Source: Peribolospora baueri (Eukaryota). Taken from it: a DNA stretch of 64,000 bases. The notes beneath the pieces were generated by a model that searched no databases, was not told the origin of the DNA, and saw nothing but the letters and a program-made list of their open reading frames with translations. The translations under genes and the position numbers were made by a program. Positions 62,256 to 64,000 of the stretch are shown one piece after another (within the stretch, counting starts at the first letter, position 1; each line of letters opens with the position of its first letter). The stretch spans positions 62,001 through 126,000 of the forward strand of contig JAMDHS010000016.1 in assembly GCA_029717555.1 (NCBI GenBank). The letters run 5' to 3'.

Positions 62256-64000
62256 TCAAGCGCCCAGCCTGAGAAGCTCCCTGACGGCCATCGCGGCCTC
62301 TCCCTCCTCCCCGACCGTGTAGCGCACCTCGCTCTTCTTGAGCCCATTGAACTGGGACGCGGCGCAGATGGTGTAGGCTCCCATGTCCTCAAATGCTAGC
62401 CAGTCGCCCACGTCCAAGTCCGCCGGCAGGTAGGCGATCTCGCGCACGCAGTCGATCGAGTCGCACGTCGGGCCCCAAACGGAGCAGGGGATGAGAGCGC
62501 CCGATGCGGTCTTTCCCGTCGTCTTATCCTCCCCTTGGACGTCTTCGTGTCTAGTCCAGCTGCTGTTGAAGCGACGGCGAGCGTCGAGGAGCTCCGGGGA
62601 GAGACCGGGGGCGGCGATGGAGGGGTCGTAGACAAAATTGCCATGGAGTGTGAGCACTTTCGGGTGCACGACCTGGTGATCAAACATGATGCAGTTGAAC
62701 GCGCCGTAGACTCCTTCGTTGGCGTAGTCTGATGAGGAAGGAAGATGACCAAGAAAGAGGAAGAAGCAGGGACGGGAATAGCGAGATGAGTTTGCGAGTT
62801 GATGACCCATACGGCAGCGGAGACAGGCGGACAACTTACACATCACCAGAGGCTCTTCCTTCGCCTCGTCAGCTTGACCTTTGGTCTCGATCTCGGTCTC
62901 GTCAACGAGAGCAGGAGGCTCAGGCCTCGCACTCTCCACGACCTCGATTTCCTCCGCTTCGGACACTCCTCCTCTTCCAACGTCCTCGTCGTCCTCGATG
63001 CCCAACACGCTCCTCCGAGCGATGATGTTGGCGGCAAGCGTGAAAGCCTTGCTAACGTAGTACCTCCCTGGTTCGGCGATGATCCTCACCCCGTCGGGCG
63101 AGTCGGCCTCCGTGCCCCCGGGGCCGAAGAGGCTGTCGGGGAAGAACTCCTGCAAAGCCGGACGGAGCACTTGGGCGATCTTCTCGAAGTTGTCGTGCCC
63201 GTATCCACCTCCCACGTCAAGGAGGCTGAATCGGTAGCCGGCGTCCTTACCCATGTCGAACGCAGCGCGAGCGCGTCGGAGAGCGTCGATGAAGCTCGTC
63301 GGGTCGTAGCAACCCGACCCAACGTGGAAGCTGACGCCCACGACGTCGAGATCAAGTTGCTTGGCGGCACGGAGGAGACGGGGCACGTTCTCGAGAGGCG
63401 AACCGAACTTGAGGCCGAGTTTGCAAAGCGACTTGGAGTCATCAGTGAGGATACGTACGACGAGCTGGGCACGAGGGTGGAAGCGTGCAATCTTGCGTAG
63501 CTCGTCGACGTTGTCGAACGTCGTCAGACGGACGCCCGCCCTGGCCGCGTGGCGGACGAAGGAACCCGCCTTGCAGGGGTTGGCGTAGATGATGCGAGAG
63601 GGGTCGACGCCGAGGTCGAGCACCGACTGGATCTCCCCGTTCGAGGCGCAGTCGAATCCGGCCCCGCACGCCGCGAGCAGGCGCAAAACATACGGGTCGG
63701 GGTTGCACTTGACAGCTAGTAGGAGAGAGGCCGACATTAGGCCAGTCATCCGATCAGCGGCGGCCCACCAGCACATCCGGCACATAATCAGCCTGCTCGA
63801 TCGAACGCGGGCTTACCATAGAAAGGCTCAACACGAGGGAGATGCTTCATCCACCTCTGATGCTGCATATACACCTCTCCGAGGTCAGCAATGAAAAATG
63901 CACTCTCGCCGTTCTCCTCACAGCTGTGGAGGTCGATGTCCCTCAGGTAGCTATGCAGTCGGTCGCGCACCGAGCCATCGTAGACTGGCTCCAGCGGTGG
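62256..64000 (-). CDS. SPE1: Ornithine decarboxylase (5' end beyond the window)
   Basis: AFFIADLGEV...PRVEPFY|AVKCNPD (PLP lysine), FDCAS, IIYANPCK, TFDN, SFHVGSG, LDVGGG, IIAEPGRY, WGPTCDSID, MGAYT. Confidence 0.97.

Noticed and set aside
50553..64000. Possible metabolic gene cluster (AKR, methyltransferase, acyltransferase, ODC)
   Set aside because: No backbone synthase; the members are typical housekeeping genes of unrelated pathways.

Overview
Intron-rich, GC-rich fungal chromosome segment, most likely basidiomycete, with about 20 ordinary spliced genes. These are an NAD(P)-binding epimerase, a secreted GMC oxidoreductase, TFIIF-alpha, a Tra2-like SR protein, eL18, a GH105-like hydrolase, an EXPERA protein, DDI1, HUT1, VID27, an acyl-CoA-synthetase-like protein, RNase H2 subunit C, an aldo-keto reductase, a SAM methyltransferase, sterol O-acyltransferase, PCM1, ornithine decarboxylase and several hypothetical genes, plus one tRNA-Arg(CCG). 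The standout region is 47.5-50.2 kb: a decayed Penelope-like retroelement with no visible endonuclease (Coprina/Athena-like). Its ~1.08-kb reverse-transcriptase core is inverted in place, and its 3' end is folded into a near-perfect 133-bp inverted repeat, all lying between two convergent host genes. Also notable are a DNA polymerase iota-like pseudogene, a secreted-protein relic with GTG in place of ATG, and two divergent hydrophilic paralogues ~31 kb apart that share motifs and intron positions. Exon boundaries were read by eye and are approximate; no database searches were run.
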